From: Bacteroidota bacterium
GTDB lineage: Bacteria > Bacteroidota > Bacteroidia > UKL13-3
Length of the DNA stretch: 48,371 bases
NCBI GenBank assembly: GCA_041302975.1
Contig: JBFYQC010000262.1
Location: 1-48,371, forward strand
Reading direction: 5' to 3'
A program made the position numbers and the translations under genes. This document shows positions 47,317 to 48,371 of the stretch, piece after piece. The notes below the pieces were generated by a model. That model was not told where the DNA came from. It searched no databases and was given only the letters and a program-made list of their open reading frames with translations. Within the stretch, counting starts at the first letter, position 1. Each line of letters opens with the position of its first letter.

Positions 47317-48371
47317 CTACTCACTCCCTTTCTCCCAAAATCTATACTTAGCGGTTTGTTCAAAAACGTGTTGCGTAATGGCTTTATCTTCATCGGTAAA
47401 AACAATGTTTCTACGTGCACACATGGCTTCGGCAGTTTTATAAAACTTGTTTAACACAAAAGTATCAAACCCTTGTGCTCCACCCCAAGCAAAACTTGGA
47501 ATAAAATTACGTGGAAAGCCTGCACCAAAAATATTTGCGCCAACGCCAACTACTGTGCCTGTATTAAACATAGTGTTAATACCACATTTAGCATGATCGG
47601 CCAGCATCACACCACAAAAAGTTAATCCGGTTTTTTCAAATCTTTCGGTGGTGTAGTTCCACAGTTTTACTTCATCGTAGGTGTTTTTTAAATTACTGTT
47701 ATTGGTATCGGCACCAATATTAACCCACTCGCCTACTACAGCATTGCCCATAAAACCATCATGACCTTTATTGCTGTAAGCAAAAAATACCACATTGTTT
47801 ACTTCACCACCTACTTTACAATGTGGGCCAACTGTTGTTGGTCCATAAATTTTGGCATCCATTTTCAATCCACCGTGTTCGCACAAAGCAAATGGTCCGC
47901 GTACTTTACAACCTTCCATCACTTCAGCGTCAACACCAATGTATATAGGTCCGGTTGAAGCATTTAAAATACTAAACTCAACAGTGGCTCCGGATTCAAT
48001 AAAAATACGCTCGGGGTTTAAGGTTTGATTGGTAGATGATATTGGCGCACTTACACGGTCTTTGGTGATTAAATCAAAATCGGCCTCGATGGCTTTTCCG
48101 TTTTTTGAAAAAATATCATACGCGTGGTTAACAACAATGGTATCAATTTGCGATGATTGAATTTTAGTTTCGGGAGCAAACTGCTCTTCCGAAAAATCAA
48201 GCACTTCACCTGATGCGATGTTGCATGCAACCAAGGTATCTCTTAAGTACAACGCCTCACCTGTTTTAAGTTGGGTTATTTCGCTCCAAAGTAAATGATT
48301 AGGACAAACACTGCCGTTAATCATTAAATTATTTTGAGCTAGTATGGCAGGGTATTTTACACTTAAATAAT
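47317..48371 (-). CDS. Left-handed beta-helix sugar-nucleotidyltransferase-like (GlmU-like) protein. The N-terminus lies beyond the window edge.
   Basis: Hexapeptide-repeat region GPTTVGPHCKVGGEVNNVVFFAYSNKGHDGFMGNAVVGEWVNIGADTNNSNLKN. The frame remains open upstream of the annotated Met (..KYPAILAQNNLMINGS..) to the end of the window. Confidence 0.7.
   Translation of the reverse strand, partial: YLSVKYPAILAQNNLMINGSVCPNHLLWSEITQLKTGEALYLRDTLVACNIASGEVLDFSEEQFAPETKIQSSQIDTIVVNHAYDIFSKNGKAIEADFDLITKDRVSAPISSTNQTLNPERIFIESGATVEFSILNASTGPIYIGVDAEVMEGCKVRGPFALCEHGGLKMDAKIYGPTTVGPHCKVGGEVNNVVFFAYSNKGHDGFMGNAVVGEWVNIGADTNNSNLKNTYDEVKLWNYTTERFEKTGLTFCGVMLADHAKCGINTMFNTGTVVGVGANIFGAGFPRNFIPSFAWGGAQGFDTFVLNKFYKTAEAMCARRNIVFTDEDKAITQHVFEQTAKYRFWEKGSE

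Overview
This is a 48.4-kb, AT-rich chromosomal segment that looks like Bacteroidota. Three things support that: two proteins end in T9SS-type C-terminal sorting domains, no Shine-Dalgarno sequences precede the start codons, and TAnnTTTG-like -7 boxes are present. Content is mostly housekeeping: parB (partial)/parA, proline dehydrogenase, aroB-aroA and aroC, topA, an ABC-F ATPase, an MsbA-like ABC exporter, tyrS, short transaldolase, a TonB-dependent receptor, mdh, CoA-transferase subunits A and B, clpS, plsY, tpiA, and a partial LbH sugar-nucleotidyltransferase-like gene. I found no rRNA, tRNA, CRISPR array, transposase, integrase or recognisable defence system. Accessory or poorly understood content includes an M43 metalloprotease and an 8-module FN3-like array (both T9SS cargo). 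There is also a five-PAS protein ending in a DHp/H-box with no ATPase domain, apparently co-transcribed with a saccharopine-dehydrogenase-like enzyme. Others are an orphan DUF58 protein, an OlsF-like bifunctional acyltransferase, and a retropepsin-like/TerB-like gene pair. An orphan B12-binding radical SAM gene sits upstream of a 1452-aa exported protein that is packed tightly against plsY-clpS. The best non-coding leads are:
- parS half-sites plus an inverted pair of DnaA-box-like 9-mers upstream of the parAB operon
- a 30-nt sequence shared by two distant intergenic regions
- a GTTTGC/GCAAAC triple word upstream of aroC
- a GC-richer hairpin-bearing element flanked by 19-nt direct repeats upstream of tpiA
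All product calls come from motif recognition by eye; no database search was run.
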